Source: a virus. Taken from it: a DNA stretch of 64,000 bases. A program made the position numbers and the translations under genes. Below, piece by piece: positions 32,597 through 43,594 of this stretch. Location of the stretch: positions 1 to 64,000 of the IMG/VR virus record IMGVR_UViG_3300045431_000601. One strand, written 5' to 3'. Under the pieces are notes generated by a model that did no database searches, was not told where the DNA came from, and saw only the letters and a list, made by a program, of their open reading frames with translations. Each line of letters opens with the position of its first letter. Within the stretch, counting starts at the first letter, position 1.

Positions 32597-34045
32597 ATGG
32601 ATATTTATCTAGCATTATTCTATAACACTTATTTAGGATCAGAATATAAAAAGAACTTAGATAATTTTATTAATACCTATAAGAGTATAGGTATTAAAGA
32701 CGTATTTCTTTATACTGAAGAGAATTTGCCGCTTAAAAAAGAGCAAGAAGAATATTTTGAAAAATATAAACATAAAAGAGGATATGGATATTGGGCATGG
32801 AAACCAATAGTTATAAGAGAAAGCTTGGCTAGAATTAAAGATAAAGACGTAGTCTTGTATCATGACGCAGGGAGAGAGCCCTATCTATATAATATAAAAT
32901 ATAATATAAAACCATTGGTAGAAGAGGTAATAGAAAAATATGCTGGTATAGGCGTGCCTACTAGTCCATTTAAGCATATAGAATACTGCAAAAGAGATGC
33001 ATTTTATTATATGAAATGTGATGAGGAATTTTACTGGAACCTACCACAAGTATGCGCAACATGGAGCATATGGGAAAAAAATAGTCTTGTTTGGGATTTT
33101 GTTAATAACTGGCGTTACTATGCTTTTCATAAAAAAGAAATTATTACAGATGAACCAAATCAATCTGGGTTGGAAAATTTTAAACAATTTAAAGATCATA
33201 GACATGATCAAGCACTGCTAACTAATTTATTCTACTATTACAGTAGAATTCATAGAAAAATTAAACCACTCCCTCACGTTTGGGGATGGGAGAAAGATAT
33301 GAATAATCATCTTAGAAGATTTTATCCTCATATCAATAACAGAATAAAAAATGATATGCAGGTCGCGGCAATAACATTAAGATCAATTAAAGAAAGAGTA
33401 GAGAATGTTAAAGTTTTAAAAAATAAATTTGAAAAAATTAATTTAGAATTCAACACGATCCACGCAGTAGACAAAGCAAATTTAAGCGTTAGCGCAGATA
33501 TTCTAGGCAATAAAATAGTTAATTTTAATAATGCTCAAATAATTTATGACTCAAAAAAAGCTATAGAGAAACACGGTAGACACATTTCTAAAGGAGAAAT
33601 GGCTTGTATGCTATCTCATTTTCTTACTTGGAAAATTTTAGAACGATCTAATAAAAAATCATTTTTAATTATAGAAGACGATATTTTTTTAGAAGAGAAT
33701 GAGAACGAAGTTATAGATATTATAAATAATATTCCAGATTTTGATTCTTTTGATATATGTTATTTAAATGACAGACAAGAACATATTGTAAAAAAACAAA
33801 TAAACGAGTTTTACTATAAAATTGAAATAGATAAAAAGAAGGGATTATGGAGCCAGATGTTTAATGGCGCATACGGATATATTATAACTAAAAATGGAGT
33901 AAAAAAGTTACTTAAAACTTTTACTTTTTATTGTAATGCTGATGGATTTTTACATAGATGGATTTTTGAAGAAGATGTAACGGTTTTATCAACTTATCAA
34001 AAAATTATAAAACATCCTTATAATTTTTTAAGCGCAGTATCTTAA
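32597..34045 (+). CDS. two-domain glycosyltransferase (GT-A-like N-terminal domain plus GT25)
   Basis: GYWAWKP..LYHDAG..DHRHDQA, then ITLRSIKER..GEMACMLSH..IIEDD..GAYGYII. Confidence 0.8.
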   Translation: MDIYLALFYNTYLGSEYKKNLDNFINTYKSIGIKDVFLYTEENLPLKKEQEEYFEKYKHKRGYGYWAWKPIVIRESLARIKDKDVVLYHDAGREPYLYNIKYNIKPLVEEVIEKYAGIGVPTSPFKHIEYCKRDAFYYMKCDEEFYWNLPQVCATWSIWEKNSLVWDFVNNWRYYAFHKKEIITDEPNQSGLENFKQFKDHRHDQALLTNLFYYYSRIHRKIKPLPHVWGWEKDMNNHLRRFYPHINNRIKNDMQVAAITLRSIKERVENVKVLKNKFEKINLEFNTIHAVDKANLSVSADILGNKIVNFNNAQIIYDSKKAIEKHGRHISKGEMACMLSHFLTWKILERSNKKSFLIIEDDIFLEENENEVIDIINNIPDFDSFDICYLNDRQEHIVKKQINEFYYKIEIDKKKGLWSQMFNGAYGYIITKNGVKKLLKTFTFYCNADGFLHRWIFEEDVTVLSTYQKIIKHPYNFLSAVS

Positions 34046-35718
34046 TGAGAAAAATTTTCTTTTTAAATCCAGAAAATCATTTAGATTTTTATCATCCTAG
34101 GAATTATAAAGATCATTTAAAACTTACGAATTCAATTGGTTCAATTCAAGAGATAAGTAAAGAATTTAGTCTTCATTTTTACTGGAAAAACTTTAATATA
34201 GAATTCAATAAAAAGCACGCTTTATCTTTGAAAAGTGCAATCATTAGCCAAAATCTTTCTAAATGTAAAATAAAGTTGTGGTCAGACAAAGACATAACTA
34301 AAAACGAACATTTAAAGCCTCTTTTAAAATATATCGATTTTGAAATATGGGATATGGAAAAACAATTGAGATATTTTGGATTAGAAAAACTTTTAGAGCC
34401 ATTAGAAAAAGATTTTGGATGGTTAACTAGCGATATTTTTAGAATATTATGTCTTGGTTTATATGGAGGCATATATATAGACTTAGACAATTTTATATTA
34501 AAAGATTTATCCCCCTTGTCTGATTATGAATTTTCTTATTACGGCGGCACTCCACCAGAAATTCATCAATGGATAGGGGTAATGGGTATGGATAAAAATA
34601 GCATTTTTTTTAATAAATTACTTTATAATATTAAAAATTTAGAAATCATTCGTCCAAACGCAGAAGATTTAGGAAGATTTTTATTATTAAAGACGCGAAA
34701 TAATTTTAAAGAATATTCTATATTTCCTACAATATGGTTCGATGAAGATTTTGTAAACGGAGCGCTTCATCCAGAAGGTTTTAGCTTTACTAATAATTTT
34801 AAAAAAAATAAAAATAAATTTATAAATCCTACAGTTTTTACTTGGCATTGGCATAATCATTGGGATATCAGAGAAGAGCATGGTAGTAAATTTTTTGATT
34901 ATAAAGAAAGAACAGAAAAGCTTTTTAATGATAAGTTTAACAATATTAATTTTGTATTTTTTCCTAGGGTCAATAAAAAGATATACTGTTGGTGGCTTAA
35001 CAAAACAGAAATGAATCCAATTAGAAAAATTGGATACGAATCTATTGTTAAAAACTCTGGAGTGGAAGTTGAATTAATTACGTTAGATAATTTAAATAAG
35101 TATATTTTAAAAGACCATCCTCTGCACGAAGGCTTTCAATATCTTTCTGCAGTACATAAATCAGATTATTTAAGATCTTATTTTATGCATTTTTATGGGG
35201 GAGGACATTGTGATATTAAGCAATTAAAGTATTCTTGGGCTGAATCTTTTGAAAAATTAGAAAGACATTCAGACAAGATAGGTATTACTTCTTCAGCAGT
35301 ACATGGATCGTATATTAATAATCCAAATCTAAATCAATTTTTAAACAAAAACCTTCACAAATTAACAGCAAAAAATGTCTTTATTTTTAAGAAAAACACA
35401 AGCTTTACATTAGAATGGTATAAAACCACTCAAATGATTATGGACAGTATCTTAGAAAATTTAAAAAAATATCCCGCTCAATACAATAGGGATAGAAAAC
35501 TCTCTGAATACGGCAGGAATGGAACAATAGCTGACTTTGGACCAAAAGGACAAAGCTTTTTTAGAGAGGATTATTTCTATCCTTTAGGATGGGAAGAGCT
35601 GCACGCAGATTTTTTTTACCCTTTAATTTATAAATATAGAGATCAAATTTTATTAGGACTGCCTCAACAAGAGTTACATTTAGATTATGGAGGCGAAGTA
35701 ACAAAAGAAACATTATAG
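34045..35718 (+). CDS. tandem DxD glycosyltransferase (two GT32/capsule-synthesis-like domains)
   Basis: SDIFR..LYGGIYIDLD and HKSDYLR..FYGGGHCDIK. Confidence 0.8.
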   Translation: MRKIFFLNPENHLDFYHPRNYKDHLKLTNSIGSIQEISKEFSLHFYWKNFNIEFNKKHALSLKSAIISQNLSKCKIKLWSDKDITKNEHLKPLLKYIDFEIWDMEKQLRYFGLEKLLEPLEKDFGWLTSDIFRILCLGLYGGIYIDLDNFILKDLSPLSDYEFSYYGGTPPEIHQWIGVMGMDKNSIFFNKLLYNIKNLEIIRPNAEDLGRFLLLKTRNNFKEYSIFPTIWFDEDFVNGALHPEGFSFTNNFKKNKNKFINPTVFTWHWHNHWDIREEHGSKFFDYKERTEKLFNDKFNNINFVFFPRVNKKIYCWWLNKTEMNPIRKIGYESIVKNSGVEVELITLDNLNKYILKDHPLHEGFQYLSAVHKSDYLRSYFMHFYGGGHCDIKQLKYSWAESFEKLERHSDKIGITSSAVHGSYINNPNLNQFLNKNLHKLTAKNVFIFKKNTSFTLEWYKTTQMIMDSILENLKKYPAQYNRDRKLSEYGRNGTIADFGPKGQSFFREDYFYPLGWEELHADFFYPLIYKYRDQILLGLPQQELHLDYGGEVTKETL

Positions 35719-35746
35719 GTTCTTGGTGTTTTTTATATAATAATTT

Positions 35747-36721
35747 ATGACAAATAAAAAAGCTTTAGTTTTTGGGGCCGGAGGATTTATTGGTACTAAT
35801 TTAGTTAAATATTTAAAAAATAAAAATTACTATGTTATTGGTGCAGATAAAAAATATTCAGAATTCGAAAGCACAAAAGCAGATGAATTTTTAATAGGTG
35901 ATTTAACAGAATATTCATTTGTCAAATTTTGCATCAGAGAGGAGATAGATGAGTTATATCAATTAGCAGCAGATATGGGTGGAGCTGGATATATATTTTC
36001 AAAACTTAATGATGCAAATGTAATGACAAATTCTGCGCTGATTAATTTAAATACCGCTAAAGAATCTGTTATTAAAAAAGTTAAAAAAGTTTTTTTTAGT
36101 TCTTCGGCTTGTATTTATCCAGAACATAATCAATTAGATCCAAATAACCCAAACTGCTCAGAGGAGTCTGCGTATCCCGCTGCCCCAGATAGTGAATACG
36201 GATGGGAGAAGTTGTTTTCTGAAAGGTTGTATTTATCTTACAATCGTAATCACGGCTTAGATATAAGAATAGGAAGATTCCATAATATATTTGGCCCACA
36301 AGGAACATATAAAGGAGGAAAAGAAAAAGCTCCCGCAGCGTTATGCAGAAAAATAGTAGAAGCTAAAGACGGCGGAAGTATAGAGATTTGGGGAGATGGA
36401 AAGCAAACCAGATCATTCTTATATATAGACGAATGCTTAGAAGCAGTAGAAAGATTAATGAATTCAAATTATATCTATCCAATTAATATTGGTTCTGATG
36501 AAATGGTTACCATAAATGATCTAGCGCAAAAAATAATATCTATAGCAAATAAAAAAATTAGTTTAAATCATATAGATGGTCCATTAGGAGTAAGAGGAAG
36601 AAATTCTGATAATAAATTAATTAAAGAAAAATTGAATTGGGCACCAAATCAAAAATTAGAAGATGGTTTATCTAAAACATACCAATGGATTAAAAAACAG
36701 GTAGAAAATGCCCCAGTATAA
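35747..36721 (+). CDS. GDP-mannose 3,5-epimerase-like SDR enzyme
   Basis: GAGGFIG, QLAADMGGAGYI, SSACIYP, YGWEK, RFHNIFGP, GGKEKAPAALCRK, GVRGRNSDN. Confidence 0.85.
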   Translation: MTNKKALVFGAGGFIGTNLVKYLKNKNYYVIGADKKYSEFESTKADEFLIGDLTEYSFVKFCIREEIDELYQLAADMGGAGYIFSKLNDANVMTNSALINLNTAKESVIKKVKKVFFSSSACIYPEHNQLDPNNPNCSEESAYPAAPDSEYGWEKLFSERLYLSYNRNHGLDIRIGRFHNIFGPQGTYKGGKEKAPAALCRKIVEAKDGGSIEIWGDGKQTRSFLYIDECLEAVERLMNSNYIYPINIGSDEMVTINDLAQKIISIANKKISLNHIDGPLGVRGRNSDNKLIKEKLNWAPNQKLEDGLSKTYQWIKKQVENAPV

Positions 36722-37439
36722 AATATCTAGCTTTTGTTCTTTTTATAATAATGAGTTTTTTATAGAAGGATATTTAGAAAACGTGCTTGAACAGACTATG
36801 TTCAAAGAAATAGAGTTTGTTTTTCTGGATTGTAATTCCGCTCAAAACGAAAAAAAATATATTATTCCTTTAACAAAAAAATATTCAAATATATTGTATT
36901 ATAAGTTAGATAAAGATCCTGGTTTATTTGCCGGATGGAATTACGCTATAAAAAAATGCAACGCAAATCTTATATCAAATTGGAATACAGACGATAGAAG
37001 ATCAAAAGAAGGTTTTGAAATTCTATATAAAGCTTTTGAAAAAGATACGGATTTAGATGTAGCTTATGGAATAACTTATATATCTAGAAAACCAAACGAG
37101 AAATATTCCGATAATCAATTCAAAGAAGTTTACCCTTTTTTACCTCATAGTTTTGAGAATCTTATTGCAAATAATTCCCCACATTGTATGCCTTTATGGA
37201 AAAAATCTATACATGATAAATATGGATATTTTGATGAAACATACAAAGCATGTTCTGATGGAGATATGTGGCTTAAAGCTTGCGTAGGTGGAGCTAAAAT
37301 AAAACTAGTAAATCATCCCGTTGGATTATATTATCTGAATCCGAAAGGAAATTCTACTGATCAAGAAAGAATGGAAGAGCTTATAAACGAAGTGAAGTCT
37401 ATGAGAAAAAAGTATGCATTTTATAAAAAATCCATATAA
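36708..37439 (+). CDS. glycosyltransferase family 2
   Basis: FLDCNS, WNTDD, YGYFDE, DGDMWLK. Confidence 0.8.
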   Translation: MPQYKISSFCSFYNNEFFIEGYLENVLEQTMFKEIEFVFLDCNSAQNEKKYIIPLTKKYSNILYYKLDKDPGLFAGWNYAIKKCNANLISNWNTDDRRSKEGFEILYKAFEKDTDLDVAYGITYISRKPNEKYSDNQFKEVYPFLPHSFENLIANNSPHCMPLWKKSIHDKYGYFDETYKACSDGDMWLKACVGGAKIKLVNHPVGLYYLNPKGNSTDQERMEELINEVKSMRKKYAFYKKSI

Positions 37440-37448
37440 TCTTTATAT

Positions 37449-38117
37449 ATGGGAAAAAAAATAATATCATTTTCTCTTTGGGGCGATAAGCCTAGATACT
37501 GTGTAGGAGCAGTAAAAAACGCGAAATTAGCCAAGGAAATATATCCAGAGTGGATAGCTAGATTTTATATACATAAAAACGTAAACGAAGAGATTATTAA
37601 ACAAGTAAGGAATGAAAATGCGGAAGTTATTATAATGGAAGAATCAGAAGATTGGCGAGCAATGATGTGGAGATACTTAGTCGTTAAAGACCAAGAAGTA
37701 GACATTTTTATAAGTCGAGATGCCGACTCAAGGTTAGACGCAAGAGAAATGCGAGCCGTAAAAGAGTGGGAATCAAGCGACAAGATTTATCATATAATGA
37801 GAGACCATCCTTATCATGGATTTCCCATACTAGGAGGAATGTTTGGTTCAAAAAAAGAAGGATTCAAAACTATAAAAAACTCAATAGATATTGGCAAATT
37901 TGAAAATAATTATGGTACAGATTATTTATTTTTTGAACAGATCTTGTATCCAAGGATTAGAAATAATAGTCTTGTTCATGATGAATTTTTTGAAAAAAAA
38001 CCTTTTCCAACTTTAAGAATAAATTATCAATTTGTCGGTCAAATTTTTAACGAACACGACCAACCAAACGATACTGGCAGAAAAGCAATTATAAAATATT
38101 TTGAAAATTTAAAATGA
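37449..38117 (+). CDS. putative GT-A-type glycosyltransferase
   Basis: ISFSLWG, SRDADSR (DxD), MRDHPYH..ILGGMFG; lies inside the sugar operon. Confidence 0.6.
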   Translation: MGKKIISFSLWGDKPRYCVGAVKNAKLAKEIYPEWIARFYIHKNVNEEIIKQVRNENAEVIIMEESEDWRAMMWRYLVVKDQEVDIFISRDADSRLDAREMRAVKEWESSDKIYHIMRDHPYHGFPILGGMFGSKKEGFKTIKNSIDIGKFENNYGTDYLFFEQILYPRIRNNSLVHDEFFEKKPFPTLRINYQFVGQIFNEHDQPNDTGRKAIIKYFENLK

Positions 38118-39163
38118 AAAAATGTATAGTTACTGGAGTTACGGGCCAAGATGGCTCCTACATGGTAGATTTTTTAATAAAAAATACTGATATGCTTATT
38201 TATGGTATGCGCAGAAGATCTTCTAACCCTAATTTTAAAAATATAGAACAGCACATAAATAATCCTAGATTTAAAACTATAATTGGAGATTTATCTGATA
38301 GCAATTCTATCGATGAAATTGTTAAAGAAATAGAACCAGATTATTTTATTAATTTTGCTGCGCAATCTTTTGTGGGTTCGAGTTGGCATATACCATTACA
38401 AACATTTGATACTGTAGCTTTAGGAACGTTAAGATGCCTAGAAGCTATAAGAAAATATTCGCCCCAATGTAGATTTTATTCCGCTGGATCTAGCGAAGAA
38501 ATGGGCAATGTTTTATATTCGCCTCAAGACTTAAAACACCCAATTAGACCGAGAAGTCCATATGGAGCAGCAAAAGCTTCAGCTAGACATATAACAAAAG
38601 TGTATAGAGAGTCGTATAATCTTTTTGCAATTCATTCGATATTGTATAATCACGAAAGCGAAAGAAGAGGGGAAGAATTTGTGACGAGAAAGATCACTAA
38701 AGGCGCAGCAAGAATAGCCAAAGCGATAAGCGAAAAGAAAGAATTTGATCCAATATATTTAGGAAATCTAGAAGCCAAAAGAGATTGGAGCCATGCGGAA
38801 GATTTTATTGAAGGCATTTGGCTCATGCTAAACCAAAAAGAACCGAAAGAATATATTTTATCTTCGGGAGAAACACACTCTGTAAAAGAATTTGTAACAA
38901 AATCTTTTAGTTTTGCTGGAATAAAAGAAACCATTTGGAGAGGAGAAGGAAAAAGTTTAGAGCTAGTACTGCCAGATTATTTAGTAATTGAGGGGTACGT
39001 CAAATCAAAAGTTCTAGTTCAGACAAAAAATGAATTTTATAGGCCAGCAGAAGTCGATCTTTTATTAGGAGACTCTAAAGAGGCTAGAGAAGAGTTGAAT
39101 TGGAGTCCAAAAAATTCTTTTGAAAAGCTAGCGCAAAGAATGGTATTAAAAGACCTAGAATAA
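38114..39163 (+). CDS. gmd: GDP-mannose 4,6-dehydratase
   Basis: TGVTGQDGSY, AAQSFVG, SPYGAAK, NHESERRGEEFVTRKIT, RDWSHA, YRPAEVD. Confidence 0.93.
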   Translation: MKKCIVTGVTGQDGSYMVDFLIKNTDMLIYGMRRRSSNPNFKNIEQHINNPRFKTIIGDLSDSNSIDEIVKEIEPDYFINFAAQSFVGSSWHIPLQTFDTVALGTLRCLEAIRKYSPQCRFYSAGSSEEMGNVLYSPQDLKHPIRPRSPYGAAKASARHITKVYRESYNLFAIHSILYNHESERRGEEFVTRKITKGAARIAKAISEKKEFDPIYLGNLEAKRDWSHAEDFIEGIWLMLNQKEPKEYILSSGETHSVKEFVTKSFSFAGIKETIWRGEGKSLELVLPDYLVIEGYVKSKVLVQTKNEFYRPAEVDLLLGDSKEAREELNWSPKNSFEKLAQRMVLKDLE

Positions 39164-39231
39164 TAAAAGAAATTTTAAATAGACTAAATATAAAAATTGA
39201 CAAATTTATAAATTTAGTTTTAAATTATTAG

Positions 39232-39594
39232 GTGAGAGATGATCATAGGCTTTGTCAATTTATAGTAAGTAAATATGTAAAAGAAAATATAAATTGGCCA
39301 AGAGAAATAAAAATAGCCCAAAAATTAACAGATAAATATACTGAATATAACTTCTGGAAGAATTGTAAAGACATTAAACTACCTAGTTTAGCGTGGTTTT
39401 TGACTGATAATGGTAAAAATTTCCTTGACTTTGAAGTTAAATTACAATCCTTAAAAGAAACCTTTCATATTTTAAATATAGAGTTAAAAGAAGAAAAGAT
39501 TGGGGAAGATAAAAATACTTGCCAAAAGCCTAAAAGCCTTATAGAATTTATAAGATTATGGGAAGAAAACCAAAAGAAGAAAATACAGCAGTAG
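39232..39594 (+). CDS. hypothetical protein
   Basis: 120 aa, first gene of the replication block. Confidence 0.65.
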   Translation: MRDDHRLCQFIVSKYVKENINWPREIKIAQKLTDKYTEYNFWKNCKDIKLPSLAWFLTDNGKNFLDFEVKLQSLKETFHILNIELKEEKIGEDKNTCQKPKSLIEFIRLWEENQKKKIQQ

Positions 39595-40703
39595 TTAGCG
39601 GGGTATCTACCAACTCAAGACTATTGTCTTTTTTAAAAGAAAATAAAGAAGATCACTATAATTTTGAAGAAGAAATTTATTATAAAGTTTCTACAGGAAG
39701 TTTAAATTTAGACATAGCTACAGGAGGCGGACTTAGCCCAGGGCTACATAGGTTTCTTGGCATGAACGAAGGCGGTAAAACAAGCGAAGCACTAGAAGTG
39801 ACTAGGAACTTTCTTAAAACCGTAGATAATTCTAGAGCCTTTTTATTTAAAGCCGAAGGCAGATTAAGCAAAGAAATACAAGAGAGGTCTGGGATTAAAT
39901 TTATAACAAATCCAGAAGAATGGACAGATGGAACTTGCTTCGTATTTGAGTGCAATATTTTTGAAACAGTATCTGAATTAATGAAAGACTTAATACAAAA
40001 TAATGACGAAAATAAAAGATATATTTTTATATTAGATTCGGTTGACGGATTGATGACTAAAGGAGATAGTCAAAAGACTTTAAGCGAAGCAACAAAAGTA
40101 GCTGGTGGGGCGGTTATATCCTCAATGTTGATGAAGAAAATATCATTAGCATTATCAAAACGGGGTCATATGGCAATTTTTATAAGCCAAGTTAGGTCAG
40201 ACATAAAATTAGATCCATATGCGGCGAATAAAGAGGTTAGGCAAACTTCTGCGACAGGAGGCAACGCTCTACTCCATTTTGCTAATTGGATATTAGAGTT
40301 TGAACCGAGATATAATAAAGACTTGATCTTAGAAAAACCTAACGAAAAGTATGATCCTTTAAAAAATAAAATTGTAGGACATAGCGTTAAAATTACAATC
40401 AAAAAATCGACTAATGAAACCACAAATTCTAAGGTCCAATATCCTATTAAATACGGAAGAAAAGATGGCGGATCTATTTGGAAAGAATATGAAGTTATTG
40501 ATCAGATTTTAGCGTGGGAGTTTGCCACCGCAAAAGGAGCTTGGGTTACTTTTTCCGACGAAGTTATTGAAGAATTAAAAAAATCAAATATAGAGCTTAA
40601 AAAACAGCACCAAGGGATAGACAACTTAAGATCTTATTTAGAAGAAAATAAAGATATCACTAATTATTTTTACAATAAGCTTATTAATACCCTTGCATCA
40701 TGA
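39558..40703 (+). CDS. RecA/UvsX-like recombinase
   Basis: STGSLNLDIATGGG, GMNEGGKTS, ILDSVDG, FISQVR, TGGNALLH. Confidence 0.88.
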   Translation: MGRKPKEENTAVVSGVSTNSRLLSFLKENKEDHYNFEEEIYYKVSTGSLNLDIATGGGLSPGLHRFLGMNEGGKTSEALEVTRNFLKTVDNSRAFLFKAEGRLSKEIQERSGIKFITNPEEWTDGTCFVFECNIFETVSELMKDLIQNNDENKRYIFILDSVDGLMTKGDSQKTLSEATKVAGGAVISSMLMKKISLALSKRGHMAIFISQVRSDIKLDPYAANKEVRQTSATGGNALLHFANWILEFEPRYNKDLILEKPNEKYDPLKNKIVGHSVKITIKKSTNETTNSKVQYPIKYGRKDGGSIWKEYEVIDQILAWEFATAKGAWVTFSDEVIEELKKSNIELKKQHQGIDNLRSYLEENKDITNYFYNKLINTLAS

Positions 40704-41119
40704 GACTTTTAAATATTAACGGGAAACTCGTTAATAAAAATGTAAGAAAAAATTTAATAAACTGGGAAGGCAAAAGCCGCAGCAAATTACAATTTCAATT
40801 TAAACAATTTTTTTATCCTTTATGGCAGAACCATATAGTATATGAAGAATTTCCTGTGTATGGAACAATGCTAAAGATAGATTTTTTAAATGCAACAAAA
40901 AAAATCGCTGTTGAGATACAAGGGGATCAGCACGAATCCTTTAATGAATTTTTTCATAATAAATCTAGGTTAAAATATTTAGAGAGTATTAAAAGAGACG
41001 TAAAAAAACAAGAATGGATTAAAATGAATAATTTTAAATTTTTAGAATTATACGAAGAAGATTTAAAAAATATATCGCCTAAATATATAGAAGAAAAATG
41101 CCAGATAAATATTATTTAA
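40700..41119 (+). CDS. Vsr/DUF559-like PD-(D/E)XK endonuclease
   Basis: IDF..IAVEIQGDQH..RDVKK. Confidence 0.75.
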   Translation: MRLLNINGKLVNKNVRKNLINWEGKSRSKLQFQFKQFFYPLWQNHIVYEEFPVYGTMLKIDFLNATKKIAVEIQGDQHESFNEFFHNKSRLKYLESIKRDVKKQEWIKMNNFKFLELYEEDLKNISPKYIEEKCQINII

Positions 41120-41134
41120 GTGTAAACTGTTTTA

Positions 41135-41410
41135 GTGACAAATAAAAAGAAATTTAATTTTCCAGAATCGTTATTAAAACAATTAGATGAATGCAGTTTT
41201 GGTGGATATATCTTATTTAATTTTAATTCAAAAGGAGACCCTCAGGTTTTTACAAAATTTGATAATCAAATGAACGCCATGGCACTGCTTTATTACGTCG
41301 GATCATGGATAAGTACAGTAGACCAAATGAACGCAGAAGCTACAGCTGATGCGATTAATGAACAAACAAAAAATAAAGAAAGAAAAGAATCAGAAGAAGA
41401 CGAAGAATAA
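41135..41410 (+). CDS. hypothetical protein
   Basis: 91 aa, acidic tail, GTGTAA 9 nt upstream. Confidence 0.65.
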   Translation: MTNKKKFNFPESLLKQLDECSFGGYILFNFNSKGDPQVFTKFDNQMNAMALLYYVGSWISTVDQMNAEATADAINEQTKNKERKESEEDEE

Positions 41411-41453
41411 GTTTGCTTGACTTTTGGAATATAAAAGATTATCATAAATAAGG

Positions 41454-42938
41454 ATGATATACTCACTGCAGATTGAGCGGCATGTATTATCTGGAATATT
41501 AAAATATCAAAATTTATTTCCAGATATAGATATTTTTCTTTCAGAAGATGATTTTTATCATGAAGCGCATTCTACCATATATGCCGTATTTAAAAATACA
41601 AAATATAAAGGCGAAAAAGTAGATAAGGTATTACTTGCAGAAAAAATAAAAAATTTAGGCATATCTTTTAAAGACGATATTAATATTTATGATTATATAG
41701 ATAATTTGACATTTTCTCAGATAACCGAAGAAGCTACAATGGCGGCTTGTAAGGAGTTAGTTAAATTAAGAATAAGAAGAGAAATAGCCTTTACAGCGGA
41801 TAAATTAAAAAATTTTGTTACAAAAAATGGAGAAGAAGCCGTAGACAAAATAATTGCTGAGGCAGACGCAATATATAACGATAAGATATCTTTTTATCAA
41901 TCAAACGATGAACCCGTAAATCTTTTCGAAAAAATATCTGATGTCATCGAAGAAATAGGCAATTCCCCAAAAGAAGAAGTCGGCCTTGTCACTCCATATC
42001 CCGAGTTCAATAGACTATATGGCGGTTTAAAAAATTCAAATATATATGCAATAGTTAGTAGACCAGGTCAAGGAAAGTCTACTTGGATTAATGATATGTG
42101 CTTTAATGTAAGTAAAAACCCTAAAAATAAAACTAAAACTTTAATTTTAGATACAGAAATGCAAACTTTAGATATACAGCTAAGGATGGTTTCCTCTATG
42201 ACTGATGTACCCATGTGGTATTTAGAAACAGGAAACTGGAGAAAAAATGAGGAGATGGTAGTGAAAGTAAGATCCGCTTGGGGCCTAGTAAAGAACCAAG
42301 AATATTATCATTTTCACGTTGGCAATAAAAATATAGATCAAATATGCTCAATAATTCGTAGATGGTATCTTTCAAAAGTCGGAAGAAGACATCAAGCATT
42401 AATCGCTTATGATTATGTTAAGCTTACAGGTGAAAAAGTATCTCAAAACTGGGCCGAACATCAAGCTATCGGTCAAAAAATAGATAAATTAAAAAGAATT
42501 TCAGAAGAAATAAATTGCCCTATTGTTACCGCCATGCAATTAAACAGATCTGGAGAAAACTTTAATAGAAACGCCTCCACCGTTGTAGACGATAGTTCAG
42601 TTATCGCTTTGTCTGATAGGCTTCAATGGTTTGCTTCTTTTGTAGCAATCTTTAGAAGAAAAACCGTAGACGAATTAGCCCTTGATGGGCAGCAATTTGG
42701 TACGCATAAATTAATACCAACCAAAACAAGGTTCCAGGGAAAAGAAGCCGCCGGACATCAAGACTTAGTTAGGAGGCTAGACGCATCTGGAAAAGAAGTT
42801 TGGGCTCAAAATTATCTTAATTATAATGTAAGAAATTTTAAGATAGAAGAACGAGGATCGTTACACACGGTTGTTCAGAGGCAAAGAGAGCAATACGAAT
42901 TAAACGATAGAAATGAAAATGACGGAGAAATTTTATGA
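41454..42938 (+). CDS. dnaB: replicative DNA helicase
   Basis: SRPGQGKS, DTEM, YDYVKL, AMQLNR, KTRF. Confidence 0.9.
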   Translation: MIYSLQIERHVLSGILKYQNLFPDIDIFLSEDDFYHEAHSTIYAVFKNTKYKGEKVDKVLLAEKIKNLGISFKDDINIYDYIDNLTFSQITEEATMAACKELVKLRIRREIAFTADKLKNFVTKNGEEAVDKIIAEADAIYNDKISFYQSNDEPVNLFEKISDVIEEIGNSPKEEVGLVTPYPEFNRLYGGLKNSNIYAIVSRPGQGKSTWINDMCFNVSKNPKNKTKTLILDTEMQTLDIQLRMVSSMTDVPMWYLETGNWRKNEEMVVKVRSAWGLVKNQEYYHFHVGNKNIDQICSIIRRWYLSKVGRRHQALIAYDYVKLTGEKVSQNWAEHQAIGQKIDKLKRISEEINCPIVTAMQLNRSGENFNRNASTVVDDSSVIALSDRLQWFASFVAIFRRKTVDELALDGQQFGTHKLIPTKTRFQGKEAAGHQDLVRRLDASGKEVWAQNYLNYNVRNFKIEERGSLHTVVQRQREQYELNDRNENDGEIL

Positions 42939-43594
42939 ATGTGAAACTAATATCTTGTACACATCCAAACATAGAAGGCGTTTCTAGAGCAGAAGATTTA
43001 GTCGCATATTGCGCAAGAGTGAGCAATCCTTCGAACCAAATGAATACCGAAACCGCTCCAAAGCTTTTAAGCTTTTTAATTAAGCACAAGCATTGGTCTC
43101 CGTTAGAAATGGTCGATATGACTTTAGAAATAAAAACCAGCAGAGCTATTGCGGCGCAGATTTTGAGACATAAGTCATTTTCTTTTCAGGAGTTTAGCTT
43201 AAGATATAGCCTAGCTACAGAATACGAAGATATAGAATTAAGACTACAAGGAGACAAAAACAGGCAAGTTGGAGAGAAATTGTTGCCTAAAAACAGTCCA
43301 GCTTATGATTCAATTACAAATTTAATAGCAGAGACAATGGCGCTAACAGATTACTGCTATCAAACAATGATAGAAAATGGATTGGCGAAAGAAGTAGCAA
43401 GGATGGTCCTTCCGCTCAGTACGCAGACTACAATGTATATGAAAGGTAATTTAAGGTCTTGGATTCATTATATAGAGCTTAGAACAGAACAAAATACTCA
43501 AAAAGAGCATAGGCTTATAGCTGAACAATGTAAAAAAATTTTTGTAAAAGAATTTCCAATTATTTCGAAGGCATTAGAATGGAACAAATCGTAA
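42935..43594 (+). CDS. thyX: flavin-dependent thymidylate synthase
   Basis: HWSPLE, QILRHKSFSFQEFSLRY, KEVARMVLP, TQKEHR. Confidence 0.93.
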   Translation: MNVKLISCTHPNIEGVSRAEDLVAYCARVSNPSNQMNTETAPKLLSFLIKHKHWSPLEMVDMTLEIKTSRAIAAQILRHKSFSFQEFSLRYSLATEYEDIELRLQGDKNRQVGEKLLPKNSPAYDSITNLIAETMALTDYCYQTMIENGLAKEVARMVLPLSTQTTMYMKGNLRSWIHYIELRTEQNTQKEHRLIAEQCKKIFVKEFPIISKALEWNKS